The notes under the pieces are model-generated. The model was given only the letters and a program-made list of their open reading frames with translations, had not been told where the DNA came from and did not search any database. Of a stretch of 64,000 nt of DNA, positions 16,615-27,260 are shown one piece after another. This DNA is from Minisyncoccota bacterium (lineage in GTDB: Bacteria > Patescibacteriota > Minisyncoccia > Moranbacterales > UBA2206), in the NCBI GenBank assembly GCA_031291955.1, contig JARLIA010000011.1:6511-70510 (forward strand), read 5' to 3'. Both the position numbers and the translations under genes were made by a program. Position 1 is the stretch's first letter, and each line of letters starts with the position of its first letter.

Positions 16615-19257
16615 GACAAAGCGTTAAAAAAATGCAAGTATTTGCCTCACGGATTGTACCAATATTTGGAAATCGCTAAGGCTGCTTAATGATAAAATCA
16701 ACTATAAAATTTAGAAGCAAAAGCGGGTGAAACTTCGTGTTTAAGTTTGTCTTAAACGAGGACCCGTCGGGTTCTTTTTTAATTCGCGCGGAAATCATTA
16801 TAATCATTGTCGCGATTATAATCATTATAAAAATTTCCGCATGAACGAACTTTGACAATTTAGGTCTTGATCAAAAATATTCAGTTCCGCTGTCAGCGGA
16901 AATGGAAGTGGATATTTGCGATCAGTCCTCTGATATCTTCGCAATAGGGTATCAGAGATGTAGGTAATGCAATATGCAAACTGTGTAGTTGGCAATTTTG
17001 GTAATTGCTAACTGCTAACCTGCCCGCAATGCTTCGCAATAGCGATGCAGGCGGGCTAAAAGAAGAGCGGTAATATTAATGCATACGGTGGATGCCTTGA
17101 CATCAAAGAGCGATGAAGGACGTAGCAGTCTGCGATAAGCTTCGGGGAGGTGACGAGCAACCTTTGATCCGGAGATTTCCGAATGGGACAACCCAGCCCG
17201 TAAGGGTTATCATTAACTGAATTCATAGGTTAATGAGGCGCACCCGGTGAATTGAAACATCTTAGTAGCCGGAGGAAGAGAAAACAACAGTGATTTCGCA
17301 AGTAGTGGCGAGCGAAAGCGGAACAGCCTTGAGTCATTAGCGATTTTGTTAGCTGAACGTTTTGGAAAGAACGGCCAGAGAGAGTGAAAGCCTCGTAGGC
17401 GAAAACGGAATCGTGGAACCAGGACTCAAAACAAGTAGGGCGGGACCGGAGAAATCCCGTTTGAAGATGGGAGCACTATCTCCCAAGGCTAAATATCTTT
17501 GATGATCGATAGCGAACTAGTACCGTGAGGGAAAGGTGAAAAGCATCCCGATGAGGGAGATGAAATAGTATCTGAAACCGTATGCTAACGAAGAGTTAGA
17601 GCTCCGACACTTGTGTCGGGGTGATAGCGTGCTTTTTGTAGAACGATCCAGCGAGTTAGTTCTATGCGGCTTGGATAAGCGACGTTGTCGTGTATCCGTA
17701 GTGAAAGCGAGCCTTAACCGGCGAATATGTCGTATGGACTAGACCCGAAGCCAGGTGAGCTATTTATGAGCAGGGTGAATTTACTGTAAAAGGTAAAGGA
17801 GGCCCGAACCCACGCACCGTGCAACATGCGGGGATGACTTGTGAATAGAGGAGAAATTCCAATCGAACTTGGCGATAGCTGGTTCTTCCCGAAATAGCTT
17901 GAGGGCTAGCGTTGGGCAACTATGTTTCGGAGGTAGAGCTACTGAATGAGGATTCGCGGTTCGCCGTAGGATTCTCAACCAAACTCCGAATTCCGAAATA
18001 ACTATCCCAGCAGTCAGTACTCCGGGGCTAAGCTCGGAGCACAAGAGGGAAAAAGCCCATGACCGCCGTCTAAGGTCCCAAAATCTATGTTAAGTGGAAA
18101 AGGAGGTGAAGTTTCTTATACACCTAGGAGGTTGGCTCAGAAGCAGCCATCCTTTAAAGAGTGCGTAACAGCTCACTAGTCTAGAGACTTCGCGCCGAAA
18201 ATTCAACGGGGCTCAAACATAGTACCGAAGACGCGGATTTGATATGTATTTATACATATTGAGTGGTAGGGAAGCGTTCCATATGCGCTGAAGCGCCATG
18301 CGTGAGCAGACGTGGAGTGTATGGAAGTGAGAATGCTGGAACGAGTAACCGCAATTGGGGTGAGAACCCCCAACACCGAAAGTCTAAGGTTTCCTGGGCA
18401 ATGGCAATCATCCCAGGGTTAGCCGGGCCTAAGGCGAGGCCGAAAGGCGTAGTCGATGGACATATGGTTAATATTCCATAGCTTTCACATTATTCGATGG
18501 AGTGACGCATCGCTGTACTTCTTGCCGATTATTGGATTTCGGTAGGAATAGCGAGGTGGCCAGACAGGCAAATCCGTTTGGCAATACACCAAGCCGTTTC
18601 TCGAATTCCGGTTCGCCGGAAGAAGAGGAAGGAGCGCGGTGCCAGGAAAAGCTTCTAAGGTTCGTAATGTGAAATCCGTACTAAAACCGACACAGGTAGA
18701 CTGGGCGAGTAGCCTAAGGTGAACGAGTGAACCTTCGTTAAGGAACTCGGCAAAATAGCGTCCGTAACTTAGGAATATGGACTACCGGTGCTTAGCTTGC
18801 TAAGCGCTGGTCGCAGCGAAAGATACCAAGCGACTGTTTACCAAAAACACAGGTCTCTGCAAACCCGCAAGGGGATGTATAGGGGCTGACGCCTGACCAG
18901 TGCCGGAACGTTAACGGGAGCGGTGAAAGCTTATCCCCGAAGCGCCGGTGAACGTCAGCGATAACTATAATCGTTCTAAGGTAGCGAAATTCCTTGACAG
19001 GTAAGTTCTGTCCCGCATCAAAGGCGTAACGACTTGGTAACTGTCTTAACGAAGAGCTCGGTGAAATTGCAATGACGGTAAAGATGCCGTCGACCTGCAG
19101 CAAGACGAAAAGACCCCGTGGAGCTTTACTATAGCTTGGCATTGCGTTTGAGGTTATGCTGCCTAGAATAGGTGGGAGCCTTTGAAATCCCGATTCAGGT
19201 CGGGATGGAGGCAACAGTGTAATACCACTCTGTGTGATTTTAAACGCTAACCCTGGG

Positions 19258-19375
19258 CTGTTAGAAAATTGGAAACATTTTTTTAACTCCTCAGCTTTAG
19301 ATTCAAGTAATAGTGTAAAAAGTATCTATGATGATATAAGTTGAGAGTTATGGAATGATTCTTTCTAGTTTTCTA
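19258..19375 (+). other. AT-rich ~118-nt insertion/expansion segment within 23S, replacing a short hairpin upstream of GGACAGUGCCUGGUGGGUAGUUUGACUGGGGCGG
   Basis: Alignment by eye to the E. coli 23S sequence in this block shows ~35 nt there versus ~150 nt here. Confidence 0.4.
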
Positions 19376-19398
19376 CCAGTCCGGGGACAGTGCCTGGT

Positions 19399-19431
<33 letters not shown>

Positions 19432-19592
19432 GGCAACGGAGGCGTTTACAAAGGTAGGCTAGGTCCGGATGGAAATCGGGCCGGTAGTGCAAACGCATAA
19501 GCCTGCTTTACTGCAAGACTCATTAGTCGATCAGTCACGAAAGTGGAAGTTAGTGAACCGACCATCGCTCATAGGAGCGTGGAAGATCATCA

Positions 19593-19625
<33 letters not shown>

Positions 19626-19650
19626 CCTCCCAAGAGTCCACATCGACGGA

Positions 19651-19711
<61 letters not shown>

Positions 19712-19749
19712 TGGCTGTTCGCCAATTAAAGTGGTACGCGAGCTGGGTT

Positions 19750-20470
19750 CAAACCGTAGAGAAGTCGAAAGTTTATAAAGTTATAAAGTTCATAAAGTCG
19801 ACTTTTGTACAGTTTGAACCCGAGGAAAGACATCAAATAATCACGGCGGCCTTGAAGAGTAATCTTCAAGTGCGAAACTGACTCATATCGATGAAGTCCT
19901 GTTGCATGACAAACTGTCATGTGCTAGGATAATATCGAGGGAAGTCGTGTATGCTAGAATCAATTTCGTCAATTGAAAAATCTTATTTGGCTGGTTTTTT
20001 GGATGCTGATGGGAGCATTTACGTGCAAGCAAAACCAAACGAGACTTATCGTTTCGGTTTTCAAATCGCGTCGTACATAGTTTTCTATCAATCGTCTAAA
20101 GATGAAAAAGCCTTTTCCGACATGTGTTCCATTATTAAACTGGGGCACAAGCGTGTCAGAAAAGACGGTATCATAGAATATATAATCAGCAGGCAAGAGG
20201 AAATTATTCAATTTATTAATTTAATTGAGCCTTATATAAAACTGAAAAAAGCTCAATTGGAATTATTGAAAAAGATAATTGATCTTAAGAAGAAAGTCCA
20301 GGATAAAAAAGATTTTATAAAATTGATAAATTTGATTGATAAATTTCGCGAATTAAATTATTCAAAGAAGCGAAAAAAACGTACATTGACCCCGTAGAGA
20401 CTAAACGTCAGTCTCCTAATTCAATAAAATTAGGATGAAGGTATAGTCCAATGCACGTAGCAATACGTGG
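19750..20470 (+). mobile_element. Group I intron in 23S domain V/VI (inserted within GAGCUGGGUU|..ACGUCGUGAGACAG), encoding a LAGLIDADG endonuclease
   Basis: Flanking exon sequence rejoins to the conserved 23S block. The 5' exon ends in U and the intron ends in G (cgtgG|aaaacatgcgtgagacag). Confidence 0.65.
19951..20397 (+). CDS. Intron-encoded LAGLIDADG homing endonuclease
   Basis: 148 aa; LAGFLDADGSI motif. Confidence 0.8.
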   Translation: MLESISSIEKSYLAGFLDADGSIYVQAKPNETYRFGFQIASYIVFYQSSKDEKAFSDMCSIIKLGHKRVRKDGIIEYIISRQEEIIQFINLIEPYIKLKKAQLELLKKIIDLKKKVQDKKDFIKLINLIDKFRELNYSKKRKKRTLTP

Positions 20471-21088
20471 AAAACATGCGTGAGACAGGTTGGTCTCCTA
20501 TCTGCTGTAGGCGTTATTGCTTGAGAGGACACTTTCCTAGTACGAGAGGACCGGAAAGTACGAACCTCTGGTGTACCAGCTGTTCCGCCAGGAGCATCGC
20601 TGGGTAGCTACGTCCGGACGGGATAACCGCTGAAGGCATATAAGCGGGAAGCCCACCTCAAGATTAGGCAATTTTTGGTGCTTGCACCAAAACGATTTGC
20701 TAGAAGATGACTAGTTTGATAGGTTTCAGGTCTAAGCGGAGTGATCCGTTAAGCCGAGAAATACTAAAAAATCGAACATTATCTCTCTTTTTTCATTTAA
20801 CATGGAACATAGAACATGGAACATTTCCTTTGGGAGTTTGTTTCATGCTTCATGTTTCATGCTCTATGATATGGTTAGCAGTTAGCAGAAACTAAATTAT
20901 TGCGATAATTGAAAGAAAAAAACATCCTGGATGTTAATAGGATAATATGTTATAATGCCTACTATGACCGACAAGTACAAAACAAGTTTGAAGTTTACAC
21001 TGGTGTTTTTTTCTATCATATTGGTTACGGTTATGTTTTTTGTGTTCTTTTCACCAGTGATAAACGCATTTTAGAAAAAAGACATTAT

Positions 21089-21198
21089 TTTGGTGGTTCT
21101 AGCGAAGTGGTCACACCCGATCCCATTCCGAACTCGGTCGTTAAGCACTTCCGCGCCGATGGTAGCTCTTCGCGAGCAAGAGTAGGTCGCCGCCAGAA
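21089..21198 (+). rRNA. rrf: 5S rRNA
   Basis: TTTGGTGGTTCTAGCGAAGTGGTCACACCCGATCCCATTCCGAACTCGGTCGTTAAGC...GCCGATGGTAGC...GCCGCCAGA matches the 5S consensus. Confidence 0.8.
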
Positions 21199-21240
21199 TA
21201 ATGTCTTTTTTATTTTGGGCTAATATGCTAGAATAGACGC

Positions 21241-22068
21241 ATGGAAAAAACGGGGAGAAAAAGAACAATTATCATTATCATTTATCTGGTGATTTTTTTT
21301 GGTTTGGGCTGGTTTGTGTACAGCCTTCTTAAACCCAAGGCTACTTGTTTTGATGGGACAAAAAACCAAAACGAAGAAGGTGTTGATTGTGGCGGCGTGT
21401 GCGCCAAAAAATGCGCTGTTCAGGCGGACGCCCAGCCTCTGATTATTCAAAAAACTGGCGCGGTGCCTTCGGGTATTGCTGGAAAATATGATTTTTACGC
21501 GCTAGTGTCCAATCCAAATTCGGTTTATGGCAGCAAGAAATTCGACTACGAAGTTGATTTTAAAGACGCTTCCGGGGCTGTTTTGGCAACTCGCGGAGGC
21601 TCTAATTTTATCCTGCCGGGAGAGGCGAAATACCTGGTCGATCCGGATATTTCTGTTTCAGGTACGCCAGCGACAACGGACATAAAAATTACCGATTCTG
21701 ATTGGGTAAAGCTCAATAGCTACTACGAAGAGCCGGATATTGAGGTCGTTAACAAGACCTATAACCAAGTTTCCGGCGGCGTCGGTTTTTCACAGGCGTA
21801 TGGACTTCTTAAGAATAATAGCCTTTTCGATTTTGATTTGATAAAGATTGAAGTTATCCTGAAAGATCAGAACGGCAATGTGCTCGGATTGAACTCTACC
21901 CAGATGAAAACGGTTAAAGCCGGTGAGCAGCGTGATTTCACCGTGGCCTGGCCAAACAGTTTTCCGGGTACGGTCAGTAATATGGAGGCCCAGGCCGAAG
22001 TGAATGTTTTTGATTCCAGCACGTTTCTGAAACAATACTATCAAACGGAAAAATTCCAGCAATATTAG
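21241..22068 (+). CDS. Hypothetical N-terminally anchored exported protein with a CFDGTKNQNEEGVDCGGVCAKKC motif
   Basis: 275 aa; single N-terminal TM helix; no recognisable catalytic motifs. Confidence 0.45.
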   Translation: MEKTGRKRTIIIIIYLVIFFGLGWFVYSLLKPKATCFDGTKNQNEEGVDCGGVCAKKCAVQADAQPLIIQKTGAVPSGIAGKYDFYALVSNPNSVYGSKKFDYEVDFKDASGAVLATRGGSNFILPGEAKYLVDPDISVSGTPATTDIKITDSDWVKLNSYYEEPDIEVVNKTYNQVSGGVGFSQAYGLLKNNSLFDFDLIKIEVILKDQNGNVLGLNSTQMKTVKAGEQRDFTVAWPNSFPGTVSNMEAQAEVNVFDSSTFLKQYYQTEKFQQY

Positions 22069-22231
22069 AGAGCTTGTCTTAAGAATAATTTCCTGCTACG
22101 GCTTTCAAAATTCGGCTAAAAAAACTTTCAGAGCTCGTCGCGTTACTCTCCGAGTAGCGCTCCTCACTCTTCAAGTTTTTCGCTCGAATTTTGAAAGCCT
22201 CGCGACGAAAATTATTCTTAAGACAAGCTCT
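22069..22231 (+). other. ~160-nt inverted-repeat structured element immediately upstream of the ftsW start
   Basis: Arms agagcttgtcttaagaataattt...gctttcaaaattcg (22069-22114) and cgaattttgaaagc...aaattattcttaagacaagctct (22184-22231). They pair over 23+14 bp with an internal bubble. The central ~70 nt contains a second imperfect hairpin. Confidence 0.5.
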
Positions 22232-23383
22232 ATGCTGGCACGAAACGTGAAACACCTAACGTTTCGCGTTATGCGCTTTACGTTTCGCGACTTTATGAAT
22301 AAGTTTTTCAAACTTGATTGGATGATGCTGGGAGCCGTGGCACTCCTTTTGATTATCGGGATGTTGGCGCTTTACAGTATTTCGTACGAGGATGCCAGCT
22401 CTATTTATGCTGGTAATCTGGCTAGACAAGCAATTTCTATCGCTATCGGGGGCGGGATGTTGTTTTTTTTGGCCTTTTTTGACTACCGTGTCCTTAATTC
22501 GTACAGTACCAAGCTATATTTTCTAGGACTGGTTCTTCTGGTGCTGGTTATCGTCTTCGGCAAAACAGTAAATGGACATACCGGCTGGCTGAATTTTGGA
22601 GGAGTGAGTCTTCAGCCGGTTGAAATCGTAAAATTGATCATGATTATTTTTTTGGCTAGTTTTCTTAGTAAGAAAAAAAATCAATTAAGCATCGCGGTCC
22701 GGATAATTGTATCGGTTGTGTTGGTTTTCATTCCGATTTATTTGATCATGAAACAACCGGACTTGGGCTCGTCCACTATTGTCATTGGCTGCTGGGGGAT
22801 GCTACTTTTTGTTTCCGGTTTGAGCAAGAAAAATCTGGTCATCCTGATTATTATCGGGGCACTGTTGGCTTCTTCTGGCTGGTTTTTTCTGAAGCCTTAT
22901 CAAAAGGACCGGATCGTTAATTTAGTGCGGCCGGAACGCGATCCCCGAGGGAGCGGTTATAACGTTCTTCAGGCGATTGTGTCGGTCGGCTCAGGCGGAA
23001 TTACTGGCAACGGCCTGGGACATGGTTCTCAGTCTCAACTGAATTTCCTGCCGGAAAAGAACACAGACTTTATTTTTTCCGTTTTGGCTGAAGAGCTCGG
23101 ATTTATCGGTTCACTTTCCATCCTGATTCTTTACGGCATTCTTTTTTGGCGACTAAAGGAAACAGCTCGGATGGCTAGGGACAACTTCGGTTATCTCATC
23201 GTCATTGGTGTAATGGCGATGCTCTTTTTGCAGGTACTGGTCAATGTTGGGATGAACATTGGGGTAATGCCGGTAACCGGCGTGCCGCTGCCGCTTTTGA
23301 GTTTTGGCGGCAGTTCGGTAATCACCATCCTGGCTTCGGTCGGAATCGCGGAGAGTATCTACATGCGGAGGATAAAAGATTAA
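22232..23383 (+). CDS. SEDS-family peptidoglycan glycosyltransferase (FtsW/RodA)
   Basis: 383 aa, 10 TM segments. GHTGWLNFGGVSLQPVEIVKL and C-terminal VMPVTGVPLPLLSFGGSS signatures. Confidence 0.85.
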   Translation: MLARNVKHLTFRVMRFTFRDFMNKFFKLDWMMLGAVALLLIIGMLALYSISYEDASSIYAGNLARQAISIAIGGGMLFFLAFFDYRVLNSYSTKLYFLGLVLLVLVIVFGKTVNGHTGWLNFGGVSLQPVEIVKLIMIIFLASFLSKKKNQLSIAVRIIVSVVLVFIPIYLIMKQPDLGSSTIVIGCWGMLLFVSGLSKKNLVILIIIGALLASSGWFFLKPYQKDRIVNLVRPERDPRGSGYNVLQAIVSVGSGGITGNGLGHGSQSQLNFLPEKNTDFIFSVLAEELGFIGSLSILILYGILFWRLKETARMARDNFGYLIVIGVMAMLFLQVLVNVGMNIGVMPVTGVPLPLLSFGGSSVITILASVGIAESIYMRRIKD

Positions 23384-23435
23384 TTCTTTTTGAAACATTG
23401 ACTATTAGAATCAATAATGCTACTGTTTTATAGAT

Positions 23436-23726
23436 ATGACCAACAAAACCGACAATTTGGAGGCGATGACCCGGTGTGGAGTTTGTCGGTCAAAATTCGG
23501 CAAAGAGGATATTTTTTTGATCTCGGATGATCCGGCTAAGACGATTTTCCACACCACTTGTCCCGGGTGTCGTACGGCGGTCCTGGTTCTTTTGTCGAAC
23601 GGTCAGAACGGTCTTCTTGGAATGGAGATGATAACCGATCTCGATCGGGAAGAGGCCAAGGAGAAATTGAATACCCGCGCTATCACGGCGGACGAGGTTA
23701 TTGGAGTTTATAAAGCGTTGAAATAA
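23436..23726 (+). CDS. Hypothetical zinc-ribbon protein (CxxC...CxxC)
   Basis: RCGVCRSKF ... TTCPGCRTAV. Confidence 0.35.
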   Translation: MTNKTDNLEAMTRCGVCRSKFGKEDIFLISDDPAKTIFHTTCPGCRTAVLVLLSNGQNGLLGMEMITDLDREEAKEKLNTRAITADEVIGVYKALK

Positions 23727-23781
23727 TTTTTAATTGCTCGAGAGGGTTCCGCCAAGGCGGGATCAGGTAGAGTGTAAGGCA

Positions 23782-24462
23782 ATGGATAAAGTGAAGTTGG
23801 AGTCGAAGATGCGCGATGTTTTCGGCCGAAAGACTAACAAGGGAAGGCGCGAAGGATTGGTGCCAGCGGTAGTTTACGGCCGGGGAATCAAGTCGGAAAG
23901 CCTTTGGATCAATAGGTTGGATTTGGAAAGACTGCTTAAGAAATCCGGAGAAAGCACGGTTATTGATCTTTTGATCGACGGAAAAAATGGGCGGAACGTG
24001 ATCATCTATGAAATCCAAAGAGACCCAGTGACGGACAAATATTCGCACGTCGATTTTTTCCAGGTCCGGATGGACGAGGAAATCGAAACGGAAGTAGAGC
24101 TTAACTTTGTCGGCGAAGCGCCGGCGGTAAAAGAGCTGGGCGGCGTGTTAGTTAAGAATATTTCTGAAATATCCGTCAAATGTTTTCCGGGCGATCTGCC
24201 GTCGGAAATCAATGTGGATATCAGTGCCCTCAAAACTTTCGAAGACCACATTTGCATCAAGGATCTTAAAATTTCTCCGAAAGTGAAAATCGATCTTGAG
24301 CCGGAAACGGTCGTGGCGCTGGTGGAAGAGCCGCGGAGCGAGGCGGAACTGGCCGGTCTTTCCGAAAAAGTGGAAGCGGATGTGACCAAGGTCGAAGGTG
24401 TGACTAAAGAAGAAACGCCGGTCGGGGGTGAAATGAAGAAAAAAGAAGATAATAAAAAATAA
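23782..24462 (+). CDS. rplY: Ribosomal protein L25 / general stress protein Ctc
   Basis: MDKVKLESKMRDVFGRKTNKGRREGLVPAVVYGRG is the L25 N-terminal signature. Acidic C-terminal extension as in the Ctc form. ATG start chosen over the upstream TTG. Confidence 0.8.
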   Translation: MDKVKLESKMRDVFGRKTNKGRREGLVPAVVYGRGIKSESLWINRLDLERLLKKSGESTVIDLLIDGKNGRNVIIYEIQRDPVTDKYSHVDFFQVRMDEEIETEVELNFVGEAPAVKELGGVLVKNISEISVKCFPGDLPSEINVDISALKTFEDHICIKDLKISPKVKIDLEPETVVALVEEPRSEAELAGLSEKVEADVTKVEGVTKEETPVGGEMKKKEDNKK

Positions 24463-24511
24463 CAGAGATTTATCTTTTTATAAGCAAAATCCCGCTCCCT
24501 TCGGGCGGTTT

Positions 24512-25843
24512 TTGCTTTATGACTCGTTTCGGGCATTTCCCTCCTCAAAAAAATCTGCTATAATGTTTGGGCAGATGAGATTCATAAAACACATGCTTTC
24601 CGAAAGAAAAAAAAACGCCCGGAAAAATATTTTCGCGTCTTTTTCGCGTCTGAAAAAAACTGTGTTTGGTCGGAAGGTCGGACTGGTTTTTTTTGCGGTC
24701 ATTTTTGCAGCTTTTGATTTCAATCTGATTTCTGGACGGGCTTTGGCTGGCCATATCTCCGACACCAAGAGTTCAATAAGTAAAACCACCCAGCAACTTC
24801 AGCAGACCCAAGCGCAGTTGCAACAGAGCCAGGTCCAATACCAAGTGAACCAGCATCAAATAGTCTCTACCAAAACCATATTGACACAGACTCAGCAAGA
24901 TATTGCCGCCAAAGAAAAAGAGATCGATGATCTCAATCAACAAATTGAAAACAATAAGACGCTTCTGGCTGGCTACATTCAAGAAATGTCCATCAATGAC
25001 CAGACTGATCCGCTCGTCAGCTTTGCTTCTTCCGGCAATTCACTTGATTCTTTGGTCGGCAATTATGACCAGATGATAAATGTCAAAGGAAAAATTCTGG
25101 ATATGGTGAATCAGATAAATCAACAAGAAAACGATCTATCCGGCGCCAAGAGTCAGCTGGCCGATAAGGTGGCCCAAAATGAACAGTATTTGGCGACCAA
25201 ACAGACCCAACAGGTCCAAGTAGCCAGCACTATCCAAACTGCCCAAGCTACTATCGCCCAGTTGAATGCAAAATTGAGCGCCCTCCAGAGCCAATTGGCC
25301 GCTCTTTTGGGATCGGGCGTCAGTGCCAAAGATATTATGGACGCGGCCAAAATTGCCTCAAGAGCGACCGGAGTGGACAAAGATTTCATCATTGGTGAAT
25401 TGGTTGTTGAATCGGATATGGGAAAATTTACCGGCGGATGCATCTATAGTCAGAGCAAAATGGGCAGTACGAATGCCAGCATTTTCAAAAGCGTCTGCAG
25501 TAGCCTGAATTTGAATTATAAAACCCAAAAAGTATCTTGTCCCTTGAGCTATGGTATCGGCGGCGCGATGGGCGTGGCTCAGTTTATGCCTTCAACTTGG
25601 GTTGGTTATGAGTCGCGAATTTCCGCGGCGACCGGAAACAACCCGCCCAATCCTTGGAGTTTGGCGGACGGCGTGACTGGCATGGCGATAAAGCTCGCGG
25701 CGGACGGCGCGACTTCCAAGCATGGTGAATCGGACGCGGCCGCTCGTTATTATTGCGGCGGCAATATTAATCGGGCGGTTTGCCAGAATTACGCCGACAA
25801 AGTGATGTATTGGGCGGATAATTATCAGCAATTGATGAATTAA
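24512..25843 (+). CDS. Membrane-anchored coiled-coil protein with a C-terminal lytic-transglycosylase-like (SLT) domain; start uncertain (a TATAAT at 24558 suggests a later start)
   Basis: TM segment VGLVFFAVIFAAF, long Q-rich coiled coil, C-terminal GVAQFMPSTW motif. Confidence 0.5.
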   Translation: MLYDSFRAFPSSKKSAIMFGQMRFIKHMLSERKKNARKNIFASFSRLKKTVFGRKVGLVFFAVIFAAFDFNLISGRALAGHISDTKSSISKTTQQLQQTQAQLQQSQVQYQVNQHQIVSTKTILTQTQQDIAAKEKEIDDLNQQIENNKTLLAGYIQEMSINDQTDPLVSFASSGNSLDSLVGNYDQMINVKGKILDMVNQINQQENDLSGAKSQLADKVAQNEQYLATKQTQQVQVASTIQTAQATIAQLNAKLSALQSQLAALLGSGVSAKDIMDAAKIASRATGVDKDFIIGELVVESDMGKFTGGCIYSQSKMGSTNASIFKSVCSSLNLNYKTQKVSCPLSYGIGGAMGVAQFMPSTWVGYESRISAATGNNPPNPWSLADGVTGMAIKLAADGATSKHGESDAAARYYCGGNINRAVCQNYADKVMYWADNYQQLMN

Positions 25844-25969
25844 AACTGCGATTTTAGCGAATTAAATAAGAGGAAAGGATGCCTTTAAAATGGCATTTTT
25901 TCATTTGATTTTTGAGACGAGCTGGTGTATTATGGAACCAGTCCGATTTTTTAATCATAGACTAAATTT

Positions 25970-27238
25970 ATGGAACATTTCGAAATTACAGGTGGGAGAA
26001 AATTGAGCGGGGAGATTAATGTCCGAGGTTCAAAGAACGCTACTACGCCGATTTTGGCGGCCACGGTTCTCACGAAAGAAGAGTGTATTTTGTCCAACGT
26101 GCCCCTCATTGAAGACGTTTTTCGCATGGTTGAGATTTTGGAAAGCATGGGATCCGAGATCAAATGGCTAAACGAAAGAAAGATTTCGATCAAAAACGAC
26201 AAAATTGATCCTTTAAAGATGGATGTGGAAAAAGTGAAAAGGCTGCGTTCTTCCATTTTGCTTTTGGGATCACTCTCTGGGCGTTTTGACAATTTCAAAA
26301 TCTATCATCCGGGTGGGTGCGTGATCGGCAAGCGGCCATTGGGAACCCACTTTGACGCGATGGCCAAGATGGGAATAGACATCAAGCAGAAAGAGAAATT
26401 CTATTTGGTTGATGCTAAAAAAAGAAAAACGGGAAAAATAATTCTGCGCGAGTTTTCAGTGACGGCTACGGAAAATGCCATGATGCTAGCGGCCGCGCTT
26501 CCCGGGAAGACAATCATAAAAATCGCGGCTGCTGAGCCGCACGTCGAAGACCTGGGAAAATTTTTGGTTTCAATGGGCGCCAAAATCAAAGGACTCGGTA
26601 CGCACACTTTGGAAATTACCGGCGTTAAAAAACTGTGTGGTACAAAGCACGTTATCATTCCCGACGCTAACGAGGCGGCCACATTCCTTATTATGGGGGT
26701 GGCCACGGATAGCCCGATAAAAGTGAATGGCGCTCGGGAGGAACATCTCGAATTGGTGCTGGAAAAATTGCGCGAGTTTGGAGCGGATTTCAAGATAGGA
26801 AAAAATTTCATCCAGGTAATCCCCGCCGAAAAATTGAAGGCGGTTTCCAAGATCGATATGCGCATTTATCCGGGCGTTCCTTCGGATGTCCAGGCGCCGT
26901 TAGGCGTTTTGGCCACTCAGGCGGAGGGGCACACGCTTATTTTTGACACGCTTTTCGATGGGCGCTTCAACTACGTGAACGAGCTGGAAAAGATGGGCGC
27001 CAAAGCCTACATTCTCAACCCGCATCAAGTCGTCATATCTGGGCCTACTAAGCTTCATGGCAACGGAACGAAAAGTTTCGATCTGCGGGCCGGCGCTTCG
27101 CTCATCATTGCGGCCCTTGTTGCCGAGGGCAAGACGGTTATCGAAGATATCTACCAAGTTGATCGGGGATATGAAAAGATTGAGGAGCGATTGCAAAAGC
27201 TGGGCGCGGAGATAAAGAGGCTGCGAAATACGAAATAA
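25970..27238 (+). CDS. murA: UDP-N-acetylglucosamine 1-carboxyvinyltransferase MurA
   Basis: GGRKLSGEINVRGSKNATTPILAATVL N-terminus; full-length conservation. Confidence 0.9.
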   Translation: MEHFEITGGRKLSGEINVRGSKNATTPILAATVLTKEECILSNVPLIEDVFRMVEILESMGSEIKWLNERKISIKNDKIDPLKMDVEKVKRLRSSILLLGSLSGRFDNFKIYHPGGCVIGKRPLGTHFDAMAKMGIDIKQKEKFYLVDAKKRKTGKIILREFSVTATENAMMLAAALPGKTIIKIAAAEPHVEDLGKFLVSMGAKIKGLGTHTLEITGVKKLCGTKHVIIPDANEAATFLIMGVATDSPIKVNGAREEHLELVLEKLREFGADFKIGKNFIQVIPAEKLKAVSKIDMRIYPGVPSDVQAPLGVLATQAEGHTLIFDTLFDGRFNYVNELEKMGAKAYILNPHQVVISGPTKLHGNGTKSFDLRAGASLIIAALVAEGKTVIEDIYQVDRGYEKIEERLQKLGAEIKRLRNTK

Positions 27239-27260
27239 ATACGAAATAGAAAGTACGAAA

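Noticed and set aside
16757-16780. Rho-independent terminator (gacccgtcgggttctttttt) between the promoter and 23S
   Set aside because: The stem is only 4-5 bp with a 3-nt loop. More likely part of the rRNA leader structure than a terminator.
17781-19214. ORFs 17781-18044, 18263-18481, 18792-19214 and 19726-19920
   Set aside because: Located inside the 23S rRNA or its intron; spurious.
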